Assembly: GCA_964016885.1 (NCBI GenBank)
Contig: OZ024745.1
Coordinates: 127,906,001-127,970,000, forward strand
Origin: Eledone cirrhosa
Taxonomy: Eukaryota
Length of the DNA stretch: 64,000 bases
Direction of reading: 5' to 3'
The first letter of the stretch is position 1. Every line of letters starts with the position of its first letter. Positions 1-13,816 of the stretch are shown piece after piece. The position numbers and the translations under genes are program-made. Below the pieces are notes generated by a model. That model had not been told where the DNA came from and made no database searches. It saw nothing but the letters and a program-made list of their open reading frames with translations.

Positions 1-100
1 CTCCAGCTGCATTTTCGATTTCATCTTTTTTCCTTATACTTTCACTCGTGTAGGACATCTCGTTTTTTTTTCATTTAAAAAAAAAAACACATTCTCTTAT
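1..100 (+). repeat. 3' part of dispersed repeat (HHR family K), ending in (TA)n
   Basis: ctccagctgcattttcgatttcatctttttccttata matches 18637-18673. Confidence 0.65.
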
Positions 101-376
101 ATATATATATACAATCGAATTTGCAACTGCGATTAGCAGTTTTCGAAATCAATCTTCTGAGGCTGGTACGAAGCACTCAATAAGGTGATGTCGATAATTC
201 GATAAAGTATAGCTCAGAGTAATAACAATACGTTACGGGTGTGAGACAGTGAAAATTGCGACCGGAGACATGTTGCCACATTGACACTACAACAACGAAA
301 ATACAAACAGGTTAAAGACAAACCTGGACCTGATCGATAGATATATAAATATCGATCGATAGATATTATATAAATC

Positions 377-563
377 GGTGGATTGGCAGTATTGGTAGAG
401 AGTCTGACACCATGCTTTGCTGCATAGAGTTACGGCCCTTTATGGTCTGAGTTCAAATCCCGCCGAGGTTAACTTTGCCTTTCATCCTTACGGGGTCGAT
501 GAAATAAAGTACCAGTAATACACTGGGATAATTGCTGGCTTTGTGCCAAAGTAGAAACAATTA
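377..563 (+). mobile_element. tRNA-derived SINE family 1 (Nin/Deu-like central domain)
   Basis: A box tggcagtattgg, B box gagttcaaatccc, core tttgcctttcatccttacggggtcgat, 3' end agtagaaacaatta; about 16 copies in window. Confidence 0.9.
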
Positions 564-919
564 TATAAATATCTCCGATTGGTTTCTGGGAATACGAAAG
601 CTACACTCCGAGTTGCAATATGCAAGCCAGTATATGTATGTTAGTTTTTCAGGCTAGACTCATATATTCTAAAGAAAATCATTATTAGATTTATTTGTGT
701 CAACTTGTGTATTTTATACGAATTCTTAGTTTTGTTTCTGTTTACTTGTCTTGTTGTCTTGTCTTGCTAATTCATATAGCAATCAATTTACTATCCAATT
801 CAGAATAACACAACAGCATTTTTATTGGAATTGCTACCCGTTACTAATTAATACATCTATAATATACCCATAAGCTTTAAATATGTGTAACACATATATA
901 TTAACACTGATCAGTTCCC

Positions 920-1160
920 CATGTAATCTTCTTTTTCCTCTTCTTCGCCTACATATTCCTGAGAGACTGGTGGGCACAGAGTCCTCAAACATTCCTTCCG
1001 GCGGGGTCATGTAAGAAGCAGCCGTCTTCAACTCATCCGGCTGGTTCGCCAAGCGTTATCAGCCAAGTTCATGGATGTTATCCAATCATCTTGCTCGGGG
1101 TCTACCCCTGGGTCTCCTACCTGTTGTTTTCGCCCGTAAAATCTGTCCAGAGAAATTCTT
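920..1160 (-). mobile_element. RTE-clade LINE 3' fragment
   Basis: Minus strand reads QILRAKTTGRRPRGRPRARWLDNIHEL, the typical RTE C-terminus; homologous to 37900-38268. Confidence 0.75.
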
Positions 1161-2061
1161 TCCTGAGAAATTCTAATGAATGTAGTCACTTAGCCAAATT
1201 AAAAGAAACATAGTAATGAGAGTTAAAAAATTAAGGCAACCGACTGCTTTGTCTGATCATTAATTCCCAAGTAAGTGAATTTGTTTGGTTAAATTCTCTT
1301 ATCTCTGTTTCTTTTTTTTTTTTTAACAATGATTGCCAATTTATCTTTTTTTAACGTTCTGTCTCCGAGCAAAATTTCCATGACAGGCAATGGATTACAT
1401 TAATTTTCATTTCCTTACTAGGTATGTTGTTTTAATTTGGTTAACTGACTACTTTAAGAACTGGTGATAGTTAATATTTTAAAGATCTACATCTAGAAAA
1501 CAAACCCGAGCTGATAAAAGCGATTTTCTTTCTTTCTTACTTTCATCTTTTATTTTCTTTCTTTCTTTCTTTCATTTTCTTTCTTTCTTTCATTTTTTCT
1601 TTCTTTCTTCCTGTCTTTCTTTCTTTCTTCCTCTCTCTGTTTCTTTCGTTTTTCCGGTAGTTAATGGAAGATAAACTTGGAAACGGCACCCAAGAGTGTG
1701 TAACACGTCACTCTTCTTCTTCTTCTTCTTCTTTTTCTTCTTCTTCTTCTTCTCATTATTATTATTAATCCACACACACACACACGCGCACGCACAATCA
1801 TACACACATGCGTACAAGGTGCCATATACATTTACATCAAATTATAAAAATATCTTTATCAGTTTAAATATACATATTTGTTATACGATCCACGTGAAAA
1901 TAATCAAATAGCAGTGAAATCTATATAACGCCTCTGATAGCATTGTGAAAGAAGTTATCCGTGATTTAAGTTAAACAAGATAGTGAATCAGATAGCGTGT
2001 GTATCTATCATAACAAACATAGTAGATCACATTCTATGATTGCTTGTATTTATATACCTAT

Positions 2062-2355
2062 TTGCACACAGACACACACGCGCGCGCGCACATACACACA
2101 CACACACGCACATACACACACACACGCACGAACACGCGCACACATACACACACACGCGTCACGCACACACACGCACACACACACGCACGCACACACACGC
2201 ACACCCACTCACAAACACGCACGCACACACACGCACACACACTCACAAACACGCACAGACACACATGTGCGCGCGCGCACAACGCACATACGCACACACA
2301 CACGCACGCACGCACACCCACAAACAAACGCACACATACACACACACACACGCAC
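2062..2355. repeat. Degenerate (CA)n/(CACG)n microsatellite
   Basis: Direct inspection. Confidence 0.95.
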
Positions 2356-2452
2356 GTTACGTCAATACTCATCTTTTTCCATTTATCTGAGGGTTCTAGG
2401 CCCCATTATCAGGCTAAAATTTCTTTGGTAAAAAATGTGGTGAAAGCTATTT

Positions 2453-2526
<74 letters not shown>

Positions 2527-2531
<5 letters not shown>

Positions 2532-2730
2532 CGAAGGAAGTGTGGTAAGGAACCAGGTGGACCATAGCGCACCAGAGTACTCAATACTTTGGGTAGTAGA
2601 GTGGGTAATAGGAAAATGTTCAAGACCCCGGCGGCAGGGCTCAAGCCGTTTCGACGGCTATTTCTGGACTCAGAAATACCCGTCGGAACGGCTTGAAATC
2701 TGCCGTCGGGGTCTTGAACATTTTCCTATA
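2527..2730 (-). mobile_element. Fold-back mini element, family C (Penelope-like terminus)
   Basis: Palindrome about 2608-2728; homologous to 21728, 33048, 36089, 46588, 48137; (TA)n on both sides. Confidence 0.8.
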
Positions 2731-2760
2731 TATATATAATATATATATATCTATATATAT

Positions 2761-2841
<81 letters not shown>

Positions 2842-3267
2842 AGTATATATATATGTATATATATATATATATATATAATAAATAAGTACAATATCGGAGA
2901 AAGCTTTTTAGCGATACTCCGGCCAAATTCCAACTCACTCAACAAACATTAGGAAATAAGTGATTATATTCCCAATTATGCGTTCGGGGTGCTAACTAAA
3001 AGTATTGCGTGGAAAATTGGCTGTATTATTTCATATGAGACATATCGAATATATCTCTTCCCAGACGGACGTCTCGTTTCATTATAGGATTCCTACAATT
3101 TGGGTTAAATTATACCAATTTATGTAGGAGCTTGTATACCATCAATAGATATATATTCAAGTGAGCTCCTATAATTCATCAGTGGGTGCCCCAATAATAC
3201 TAATATTGATAATCTAACCAACATCAGTATTTAACGATAATCATCATCTGTGCCTGAGGTATCTGTC

Positions 3268-3326
<59 letters not shown>

Positions 3327-3705
3327 GATACATATATGTGTATGTGTGTGTATGCAATAATATATACATATAGATAGATATATCTACATATAAATACAGA
3401 CATATATGTGTATATGTAGCTATGTATGTGTTTGTATGTTTACGTGTGTATATGAATTGTTAATAAAGCAACATTAGCGATATTTCTCAATACCATGAAT
3501 TACATTCAACAAAATATATTTGAAGACAACATTACGCTACATACTCACCATTAAATCGTATTATTTTGAATAAATGTAGTAATGGATGAATGATCGATTA
3601 ATGTAGATAGTACCAATAATCGAATAAATTTCAATATGTATGAAATTGCTTACCCGATCAATATTATTAGGACATTCACATGACATTATTACTCCAGCCA
3701 AGAGT

Positions 3706-3892
3706 GGTGGATTGGCAGTATCGATAGAGAGTCGGACACCATGCTTTGAAGCATAGAGTTACATCCCTTTATGATCTGAGCTCAAATCCCGCCGAGGTTA
3801 ACTTTGCCTTTCATCCTTACAGGGTCGATAAAATAAAGTACCAGTAATGCACTGGGTAATTGCTGGCCTTGTGCCTAAAGTAGAAACAATTA
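3706..3892 (+). mobile_element. SINE family 1
   Basis: Colinear with 377-563. Confidence 0.9.
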
Positions 3893-3964
3893 TTACCCCA
3901 GCCTTAAATTGATCTATGATAGAAACTCTGTTTTCTTTTATTACCTTCCAATTGAAAAGAGGTT

Positions 3965-4368
3965 TATTCTTGGGTCTCGAATGTTCGTCCCCACTCACTT
4001 ATTAAATTTTCAGGCTTTTCCCATCCCTTACTCCCGCTCTTATTCCACCTCCACACTTATCAAATTTTGGTAATCTATCTTCAGCGAAATTTTATTTCAA
4101 GTGGTAGCATTCTTGCGACAATTAATTTTTTTCATACATTAAAAAGCATTATACGTGACAAAAAACGTACATTACTAGAAATTCCATATGTTATAAAATA
4201 TATATGATGGAGTCTGAATATATAAACTAAACAACTATTTCTGATTTTAAAAAAAAAATCAACGGAGAAAGCTTAGAAAAATTACCAATAATTCAACCCC
4301 CGCTTATCCCCCACCCCGCTTATTTCACCTCTACTTATTCCACCTCTATTATTTGGGACCCGAGAGTA
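3965..4368. mobile_element. MITE-like element
   Basis: Imperfect terminal inverted repeats tattcttgggtctcgaat / atttgggacccgagagta with TA ends; internal cttattccacct repeats. Confidence 0.5.
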
Positions 4369-4411
4369 GTTTTTTGGCATCTTTTCTTTAAAGAATCCTG
4401 TTCCGATTGAA

Positions 4412-4603
4412 ATAATTGTTTCTACTTTAGGCACAAGGCCAACAATTACCCCCAGTGCATTACTGGTGCTTTATTTTATCGACCCCATAAGGATGAAAGG
4501 CAAAGGTAACCTCGCCGGGATTTGAACTCAGAATGTAAAGGGCCATAACTCTATGCTGCAAAGCATGGTGTCAGACGCTCTACCGATACTGCCAACCCAC
4601 CAC
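4412..4603 (-). mobile_element. SINE family 1
   Basis: Reverse complement of 377-563. Confidence 0.9.
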
Positions 4604-5377
4604 CCTTGATTGAAATAATACGAACATTACGTTCACAGCGACAATTTACAGCCAAAATTTTACATCTGTCAAAATATGAATACATGGGTTAATATTGTTT
4701 AAGATACAACGACCATTACTGAAATAATGTTGGTTATACGCCTTCTCGATCGTGGCTGTAAGTAACGAATCAATAACAAAAATAACAACAAAAACAATTG
4801 CGGTTAGTAAAGCCGAACATAGACAAAGAAACGCAATAGTTTAAAGTTTTTAAGTTTTCCATCAATGTTCACAGGACTATAATGCTCATGGGAATGTCTT
4901 GGAGATTAACTGTTCCGCTTCTCTTTCTGGCTATGAAATGTATGACTAAACTACATATTCATATATTTATAAATACCAGCAAGAAGCGGATCAAAGATAA
5001 AATTGTTATTACCCACATCTCCTAAAAGGTATAATTAATTATGAGTTGTGGGCTGAATTGAAAAGAATCAATATATCATTTGAACAATACAGAAAATGAC
5101 ATATGAAAGAGAATATTGAGAAGGCAGTGTTAAGTTTTATAGAATGTTCCCTCGAGTAGCTATGTGTTTGTCAATATATTTCATTGAGCACATGCATGCA
5201 CGTGTTTATTGCGTTCAAACATGGCCGAGTGGTTAAGAAGTTTGCTTCGTAATTATGAAGTCATTCAGGCGATTCTGTTGTTTGGAATCTTGGAATGCCT
5301 TTAAGTAAAAGTTCAGTGAGTGCGACAAATTAAATACTCATTGCTGAAAGCGACAGAAATAAAATTACATTATTTCA

Positions 5378-5469
5378 CTTTGCCTTTCATCCTTACGGGG
5401 TCGATAAAATAAAGTACCAGTAATGCACTGGGTAATTGCTGGCCTTGTGCCAAAAGTAGAAACAATTAT
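5378..5469 (+). mobile_element. SINE family 1, 5'-truncated
   Basis: Core and tail only. Confidence 0.85.
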
Positions 5470-6616
5470 TTACACCACTGTCCTTAATATCTGCTTTAAT
5501 CTCTGTGTGTGGTACTTCAGTTTAAGGCCAGCAATTGCCCAGTGCATGATTGGTACTTTATTTTATCGACACATTTTATTTTATAATGATATTTAGTTAC
5601 AGGCAATGGTCTTGTGGTTAAGGCATTCTTTTTACAATCATATGTCTTAGAATTCGATTCCACATTAGGGTAGCGTCTTTCAATGTATCCTCGGAATGAC
5701 TAAAACATATTTTGTTAAACTAGGTCTACGTTAACTGCGCAAGAGTTCGTCAGATGGACAAGACCTGCTGTTGAATGATATATGTCAGCAATTATCTGGA
5801 TTAATTCCAGCATTGGATCACTGGATGTCTTTAAATGATATACAAATTATGACAGGCAAAAAACTGGGATCAACCAATGGATTCTCCCCAGATTTTTCCC
5901 TTCGAGGATATTTTTCGAAACTATTTATGGCGCTGTCCTACCCAGTCTGACAGATATAAAATATAATTCAACTATTTAAAGAATACAAATATAATTATTA
6001 ACATAAACGTCGTAAGTCAACTGTTTATGTTGTGTATATATTGTATGATTGTTCATGTAGATGGCATTATAATAGTTGTTGCTCTTTACACAAAATAGTG
6101 GTATAAGTATCGCTTTCCTATTAAGTACCTACTTTTGTTCAGATTTCTGTACAATGAAGCTGTATTGCCCATTAGTGTTTCGTATCTAGATTTGTTTCGT
6201 AGGTTGTGGTGTATCATATGGAATTCCGAACGAAAATCGGCGGTTAATAATAGAAGCGGCACTTATATCGGAATTCGTTGACAAGCCCAATATGCTTGCA
6301 ACACGAACAGCATACTTACGACATAAACACTAAATTACGATGTACAAGTTTAACGCTCAAGCTTTAAGAGTCAAATTCCAGAAAGAATTGCTTAATATTT
6401 TATATACAGATAAAATAGGGATACATGATATGAAGCTTAAAAAACACTTGTGAATAGTGAAGTTTTAAATCAACATATGAAAAAATAATTTAAGATTGAT
6501 GTATGAGATTGGGAAAAAGTGAGGGGGTTGGAAAGGTAAGGAAGAGGAGGAGATGAGAATAAAGAATGGTGGGGGAGATGTATAAGAAGGAAGGATGAGA
6601 GAGGAGGAGAGATGGG

Positions 6617-6712
<96 letters not shown>

Positions 6713-7672
6713 GAGAGAGAGAGATAGCCTTTACAACTGAGAAAAACAAATATATTGTCTCAGAGAGAGAAGTTAAAAAGCCGTTGGAAGATAATAGATA
6801 ATTTAAAAGAATTTGAAATTAAAAGTTAATGAGGTTTATGCATGAAGAGAAAAGGGAATTAAGAATAATATTAAATTAAGGTTTGTATATTGAAGGGTTT
6901 AATAATATGTGCAAGGAAAAGAAATTATTAATATGTATTATTAAAATAAAAATATTAATGTTATTAAGGATATAAACAGAAAAGAAGGAGCAGAATGAAT
7001 GAGTTATGAATTTAGAGGAATTAGTTAGGGTTTAAATTTGTTTTTATGTAATGTAATATGTGTGCGTAATATGTGTACGTAAATAGTTTGTTTAAAAATG
7101 AGCGCAGAAGGCAAAGAAGAAAAGAATGTTTAAGGAAGAAAATATCTAACATCAAAAAATATATATGTTTACGAAATATTTTCTAGTGGTAATAATATAA
7201 TATATTAAAAGAAATTAGTTAGGATTTAAGTTTGTTTTTATGTATTGTAATATGTAAAAGTCAAACGAGCATGTAAGGATGAGATACTAGAGATTTTTAA
7301 GGAAGAAAAATCTAACGTAAAAAAAAATGTTTATGTTTACGAAGGACTATTAAAGGTAATACTATAATGTATTAAAAAAATAATAATTTTTATGGCCAAT
7401 GATATGAGAAAAGATGGAAGAATGGATAATGTTGTGGTGAGTAATAATAAGAATTGAGAAGTAGTTAGGAAGAAAAAGTACAGATTAGAAGTTAGAAATT
7501 AAAAAGAAAAGAGGAAGAAAGGAAAGTGATAAAGAGGAATGATATAGAATGAGTACCTTGTATTATATAATATATAGTAAATAATATTGAAATATGGTAG
7601 AAAGATGGGTATATTTTTTAAAGATATATAAGCGTTTGAGAAAAAGGATTTTAAACTAGTAGGTATTAGATA

Positions 7673-10120
7673 TTAGCTGTATACTTTATGGAATGTTCTG
7701 TGGAATTTATGCAAGCAGAGAGAAAATAAATCCGTGCGTCTATTTATTATAAAATTGAAATTAGACATAATGGTAAATTTCTCAGCTAGGCAAAGATTAT
7801 ATGTTCTGGATAGGGAGGCATTCAAATAGGGAGAGGCAGAACAAACTTTTCTCCAAGAGATGTTATAGTTAATATTTTTGTCTTTCAAGGACCATATGAT
7901 TTCTGAGAGTGCCGTGTTAGTTCTTTTAAGTTGGTATTTAAAAGACGAATTGTGATTATAAAATCTAGCTTTGAAGGAGGTGGAAGTGGAACCGAAATAG
8001 GTAAAGGAATTGGTATCAGTTATAACCTTACACTCATAGACTAAGTTTTTATCAAGACAATGGTTATTGAGAGGACATTTAGTTCTAACAGGGCAATTAC
8101 AATTACGATTAGAGAAATTAACAGAGTTATTAACAAGTGACCTAGTGTTATTTATAGGAGGAATTGGATTGGAGAAGTTATTTACGATAGGAATAATAGT
8201 TTCCTGATTTAGATTGGTATTATGAACATTCAACGAAGTTACGTTTGACGTCGTATTTAGATTGGTATTATGAACATTCAACGAAGTTACGTTTGACGTC
8301 GTACAGAATCTAACCTAGAGTTAACAATGACGTCGGGAATACTACTGCTATTATTATGACGCTCAGTGTTGGAAGGATGTGATTTAATATTTAATATTTT
8401 ATTGTTGTGTTTAGATATAATGTTAGAGATGTTGGAAGAGGTGGAATAAGAAAATTTTTTTGTATGTTTGTTAAAGATTTTACTATAGATATGTGAGGGA
8501 GGGAAGCATTTATCTAAGGCCCTAAAGAATAGTTTAGGAATATTATTATTAATAGAAATAGAGAAAGGAGCATTATACCAGATTATATTTTTGTATCTAG
8601 GTCTTTTATTTAAGTTATTGGAATGATCATAATTTATTATTTTACTGTAAGACCTTCTAGGATTGCTTTTTTACTGTATTTAATTTTATCAGGATAACCA
8701 GCTTTAGAAAGCGCAATATTATAGTAATTGGCGTTATCATCGAAGATATTTTTTATTAGAGGATAGGTTTGATATTCTTTTTCCAATATTACTGACTATA
8801 GCATTTTTAATGTTAGTGGGGTGGTTAGATTTAAAATTAACATAATTTAGATTCTCATTGTTTTTATGGTAAGGGTAATATAGGCCAGTGTCAAGATTAA
8901 GGGATATATCCAAGAAGTTAGCTAGTTTGACGTTGTTATCAAATTCAATTTTAAGGTTATGTTGCTTAAAGAGATCACATATATTCTTCTTAATAATATT
9001 AAGGTTAACTAAGTTGTAATTTAAGATAGTAAAAAAGTCCATCGTCACTATAAATTCCACCGCGAAGTTGAGGAATTTTCCGATTTAAAGAATTCAAAAT
9101 AAAAATACCAATCAAATCAGTCAATTGCGATGAATCGGAAGCACCCACTGTGATATCAAAGTTATTGGAAGTATCGGCTCTAGTCCAGTATTCATTGTTG
9201 AATTCTAAGATGGTTTTTCTTGCGGTGAGAATGATGTGAAGTTCATCTGTGGTGATGTCAGAATATTTAAATGCGAAAGATAGAGCATTGTTGAGAAGTG
9301 AAGGCGAAATAGAAGAATAGTAGCTGGCAATATCAAATTGAATAAATTTGTGTTTGTTTTTCTTATTCAGGCTGTTGAACTAGCCAATTACTTCAGATGT
9401 ACCAAACCATAAATTTAAGTTAGAAATAGAGCAATTAGAACGAACCTGTGGGATAATTCTATCCAAGATGGCTTTACTAACAACCCCCAGATCTGATTTA
9501 GAGGGGGCAATTAGTCTAACAGGTAGTTCCGTTCGAAAATTACTTTTGTGATCCTTGAGATTTATCCTCGGAGTTCTTGGGAGGAATGGTTCGGTCTTTT
9601 TTTCAATGCCAAGTTTTGACATAATCTCAGAAGCTTCAAAGTTTATAGATTCCAAATTGTCATGGTTAGTTTTACGATAGTTCTTCCTTAGTTCCTTAAG
9701 GATAAGGTTATTATAGTTATCCCTAGATATACCATATAAATTATTAGTTTTGTCGGAGTGGACTAAGACATTTTTAGAGGAATTAAGGTTTAAAATCGTA
9801 TTCCTGAGATTTACAAGGTGCTCTTGTCCTCTGCAAGGGTTTCTCTTGAATTTAAAACTTCTTATAATATTAGTTAATTCTTCCTCGAACTGCACTAGAT
9901 TTTTATTGGAAGGAGGATGTCTTCTAGAGTTAAATAAATGATCAAGAAAGTTATGTTCCTTAGTATAGACATTTCCTTTTTGGCGCTGGTCGTGGAAAAA
10001 AGCTATCCATCTAAGCCTTCTCATAAAGGAGTCAGTTTTTTCAATCAGAAGTTTGGTGAATTCAGATTTACCAGGTATAGGAATGTCTTTAGATGAAGTG
10101 GTAATGTTGTAATAATTCAT
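7673..10120 (-). pseudogene. Penelope-like RT/GIY-YIG ORF, disrupted
   Basis: ATG 10120; in-frame TAG at 9380 then FIQFDIASYYSSI, FDITVGASDS, GGIYSDDG, FLDISL; CxC-x5-C-x5-C linker and LVY..YFGST..FKARFYNH nuclease motif; frameshifts near 9035 and 8740. Confidence 0.9.
8207..8303. repeat. 48-bp tandem duplication within the RT-nuclease linker
   Basis: agattggtattatgaacattcaacgaagttacgtttgacgtcgta occurs twice. Confidence 0.9.
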
Positions 10121-10494
10121 GTTGTAGAAGAAAAATTAAAGACCATCAAAAGGTATCAGATATGAGGGTTAGCGCTCAAACAGTTAAGGAGCTAGTTAAT
10201 GTAGGAGGTGAGTTTTATTGTAGCACTATAAAGCAATGCAAATATCGGATAAGTAGCACTCTACAGTTTGTAGGACTGGAGTATAAATAATATAAGATCA
10301 AAACCTTAATTTAATATTATTTACAAACCTTAATTTAATATTATGCTTAATTCCTTTTTCTCTTCATGCATAAACCTCATTAACTTTTAATTTCAAACTC
10401 TTTAAAATTATCTATTATCTTCCAACGGCTTTTTAACTTCTCTCTGTGAGACAATATATATTTTTTTCTCAGTTGTAAAGACTATCTCTCTCTC

Positions 10495-10530
<36 letters not shown>

Positions 10531-10731
10531 CCCATCTCTCCTCCTCTCTCATCCTTCCTTCTTATACTCCTCCCCCACCATTCTTTATTCTCATCTCCTC
10601 CCCTTCCTTACCTTTTCCAACCCCCCTCATTTTTTCCCAATCTCATACATCAATCTCAAATTATGTTTTCATATATTGATTTAAAACTTCATTATTCACA
10701 AGTGTTTTTTAAGCTTCATATCATGTATGCC

Positions 10732-10802
10732 TATTTTATCTGATGAGAACGCAGATATCATCCCATGATGATATTTGTTTTTGAAATGCGCATAATCAAA
10801 TA
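10732..10802 (+). ncRNA. Type I hammerhead ribozyme in the Penelope terminal repeat
   Basis: CUGAUGA 10740-10746, stem II gcagauauca/ugauauuugu, GAAA 10783-10786, palindromic UGCGCA, UA site, stem I uauuuuau/aucaaaua. Confidence 0.85.
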
Positions 10803-10923
10803 CTTGGAACTCTTTTAACCATTTTTTGATCTTATATTATTTATACTCCAGTCCTACAAACTGTAGAGTGCTATTTATCCGATATTTGCATTGCTTTATT
10901 GTGCTACAATAAAACTCACCTCC

Positions 10924-10966
<43 letters not shown>

Positions 10967-11053
10967 GTAAAAGGTAAACTGAAATAACAACACAAACGGT
11001 ACAGTATATGGAAGCAATATATTAGGTTAACGTTTGAAATAGCAGGAAAAGGG

Positions 11054-11089
11054 TCTTAACGTTTCGGACGCTAGTCCTTCATCGGAAGA
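11054..11089 (-). ncRNA. Minimal hammerhead motif (U4C core) in a Penelope-like terminus (10965-11170)
   Basis: ucuu CCGAUGA A GGAC uagc GUCC GAAA CG UU aaga. Confidence 0.75.
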
Positions 11090-11648
11090 AAGAATAAGAA
11101 ATTATAAATTGCAAGGGACGGGCGGGGTAGAATTAGAGAAAAATAAAAGTTCCATTCATGTTGCCTTGCGTATGTGTGTGTATGTATGGGCTATTATAAT
11201 CTAAATAAAATCTAATTATATCCAGAGTAAATTTGACATAGGTCTAATATATGCTATATTGTCTACAAATATTTCTCATCTAATTAACTACATTGCCAAA
11301 CGAATGCACGCCATGCAAATTAGACTAACTATATCAGTTAAATTCTAATTGGTATTTGACATACATAGAGACTGCTATATAATTCTCTACGTAACCGGAA
11401 GTAAAAGAGTAGTTATCTCAGATAACGCAGCTAAATATAACGGCATTAGTTTACTCAAATGAATGAATGAGAATTAATGAAATCTAGGTCGCAAAGGTAA
11501 AAAGCCCTGAAGTATTCACAGAATTGGTTAGTAATTGAAAGTATAAGATGCTATACAAAGTAAATCATGATGTGCCGAATCTTAAAATTATAAATATAAC
11601 TGGATTAAATGTATCTGAAATATGCTAAAACATAATATAATGTAATAT

Positions 11649-11737
<89 letters not shown>

Positions 11738-11740
11738 GTT

Positions 11741-11825
11741 TATATATATTGGGTCATCAAGTATGAATTTTGTAGAAATTTGTGTGAAAAAAGAAATTTC
11801 TACAAATTTCATACTTGATGACCCA

Positions 11826-11832
<7 letters not shown>
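11741..11832. repeat. Near-perfect 40-bp-arm hairpin within (TA)n
   Basis: attgggtcatcaagtatgaa..gtagaaattt / aaatttctac..ttcatacttgatgacccaat. Confidence 0.9.
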
Positions 11833-11905
<73 letters not shown>

Positions 11906-11908
11906 TGC

Positions 11909-11989
<81 letters not shown>

Positions 11990-12264
11990 TGTGTGTGTAT
12001 ATATATATATATACTGTATATATATATATGTGTGTGTATGTGTGTATATTATATATTTGTACATATATAGACATATACACATATGGATATACACGAATAC
12101 GCACACACACTCAAACACCCTCTCATATATGTATTATATTTTACATATATATATTTACACAAATGTATATATATATATTTTTTTTATCAATATATATATA
12201 CATACATATATATATGTGTGTGCGTGTATATATAAAAGGTAAACAGAAATAACAACTAAAACGG

Positions 12265-12309
<45 letters not shown>

Positions 12310-12313
<4 letters not shown>

Positions 12314-12466
12314 ATAATAATAAATTTGAAGACTGAAATCCAAAGAGGGCTCGATAAGGATAAATATATATCAAATATATAAGAATCGTAGAGCAAATAT
12401 TTATTAAAATAACAGATTAAAGTTTAAGCAAAGAATCGCTGCTTTCACCCTAACGGGATCTTTTTA

Positions 12467-12470
<4 letters not shown>
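12310..12470 (-). mobile_element. Family D Penelope-like terminus, degenerate hammerhead core
   Basis: Reverse complement of 50886-51035; flanked by (TA)n. Confidence 0.75.
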
Positions 12471-12535
<65 letters not shown>

Positions 12536-12843
12536 TTAAAGTAAACAGAACAAAAAAACAAAAAAAAACAAAATAAACGTGGAAACGAAGAGGCAGTACA
12601 AATGTTATTATTATTAGTTTCACGCTTGAGAGTGGGTCTGGAACATAAAATAGAATTGGTACATACGTACACACACATGTGTTAGTAAGTACAATGTATT
12701 CCAAATATTTCAAGATCTGAGTGTCATTTAGACTACTCAGCTTTTTATTAAAGTAGTTGTTATATTACCATTATTAAATTGAACTTAAAGTTTCCAATAT
12801 TCACTGCTTTACGCATAAGTATTTACTATTCGCTCACACACAC

Positions 12844-12895
<52 letters not shown>

Positions 12896-12962
12896 CATTT
12901 ATATATTTACATAAATACATTACACGTTACATACATTCACACATACACACACACATACATAC

Positions 12963-13034
<72 letters not shown>

Positions 13035-13816
13035 ATATATTTATATATGCATATATACTTTTTTACTCTTTTACCTGTCCTACCTATCGGGCTGATGTCT
13101 ATATTCTGATCTAAAAATCATGTCGTTTTGAATATAATAATAAGTAGCTAAAAGTATACCTACCATTCCACTCTCATGAATGAATAAGAATTAATGAAGA
13201 CTAATTCAAGAATGTAAAAATGCTCCAAGTATTTACAGAATTAATCAATAATTGAACGCTAAAAACCTATGCAAAATACGTCTGGATATGCTGAATTTTA
13301 TACCAACATTATTATAGGCGGTAATTGTATAATTGTGATGGCGTTTAGCTTTTAGTTAAGTCGACTGCCTGGTTATCGTATGGTTGAGAGCTCGGGTCCT
13401 CGACGGGGAAACACAATGTGTCCCTCTTCAGAAGAGTCTATTTCACTTCGCTGCAACCAATTCAGATGGTAAAGATGAGTTCTGCCTGTAATTCAAATGG
13501 TTCTAATTTATATATTTTATATTTACCTGGAACTCCGGACCAAACCCGATCCCGAGCAGCCTGACCGTAGCGACATACGATGGTGTGGGACGGCAAGGGC
13601 TTCCTGCTTCAGGAGCTGAGCTGCAAACTCATCGACTTGTCTGGGTTATACTTTAAAGTTTTCAACGTTTAAGGTGGTGCGGACTACTTCGATTTCCGAT
13701 GTATTCGACAACATCACAGTGACGTCATTTGCATATAGTATTACTAGGCGAATAACTCTACTGTAATTTACATCACTAATATCACCTTATTATTATTATT
13801 ATATTTTTTTAGGGCT

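Larger units (their letters stand above)
6407..10929 (-). mobile_element. Penelope-like retroelement (Hydra-clade-like) with inverted terminal copy
   Basis: RT + GIY-YIG remnants on minus strand; 10322-10742 is the reverse complement of 6407-6887 and 10825-10929 of 10199-10302; ends at (TA)n. Confidence 0.9.

Noticed and set aside
3060-3100. Minus-strand stem plus GAAA-CG..CG-UC
   Set aside because: No upstream core; likewise isolated cores at about 19520, 22965 and 44128 lack a matching GAAA half.
9380-9382. Programmed readthrough or selenocysteine in the Penelope ORF
   Set aside because: The stop is TAG, not TGA, probably from TGG, and the ORF also has frameshifts.
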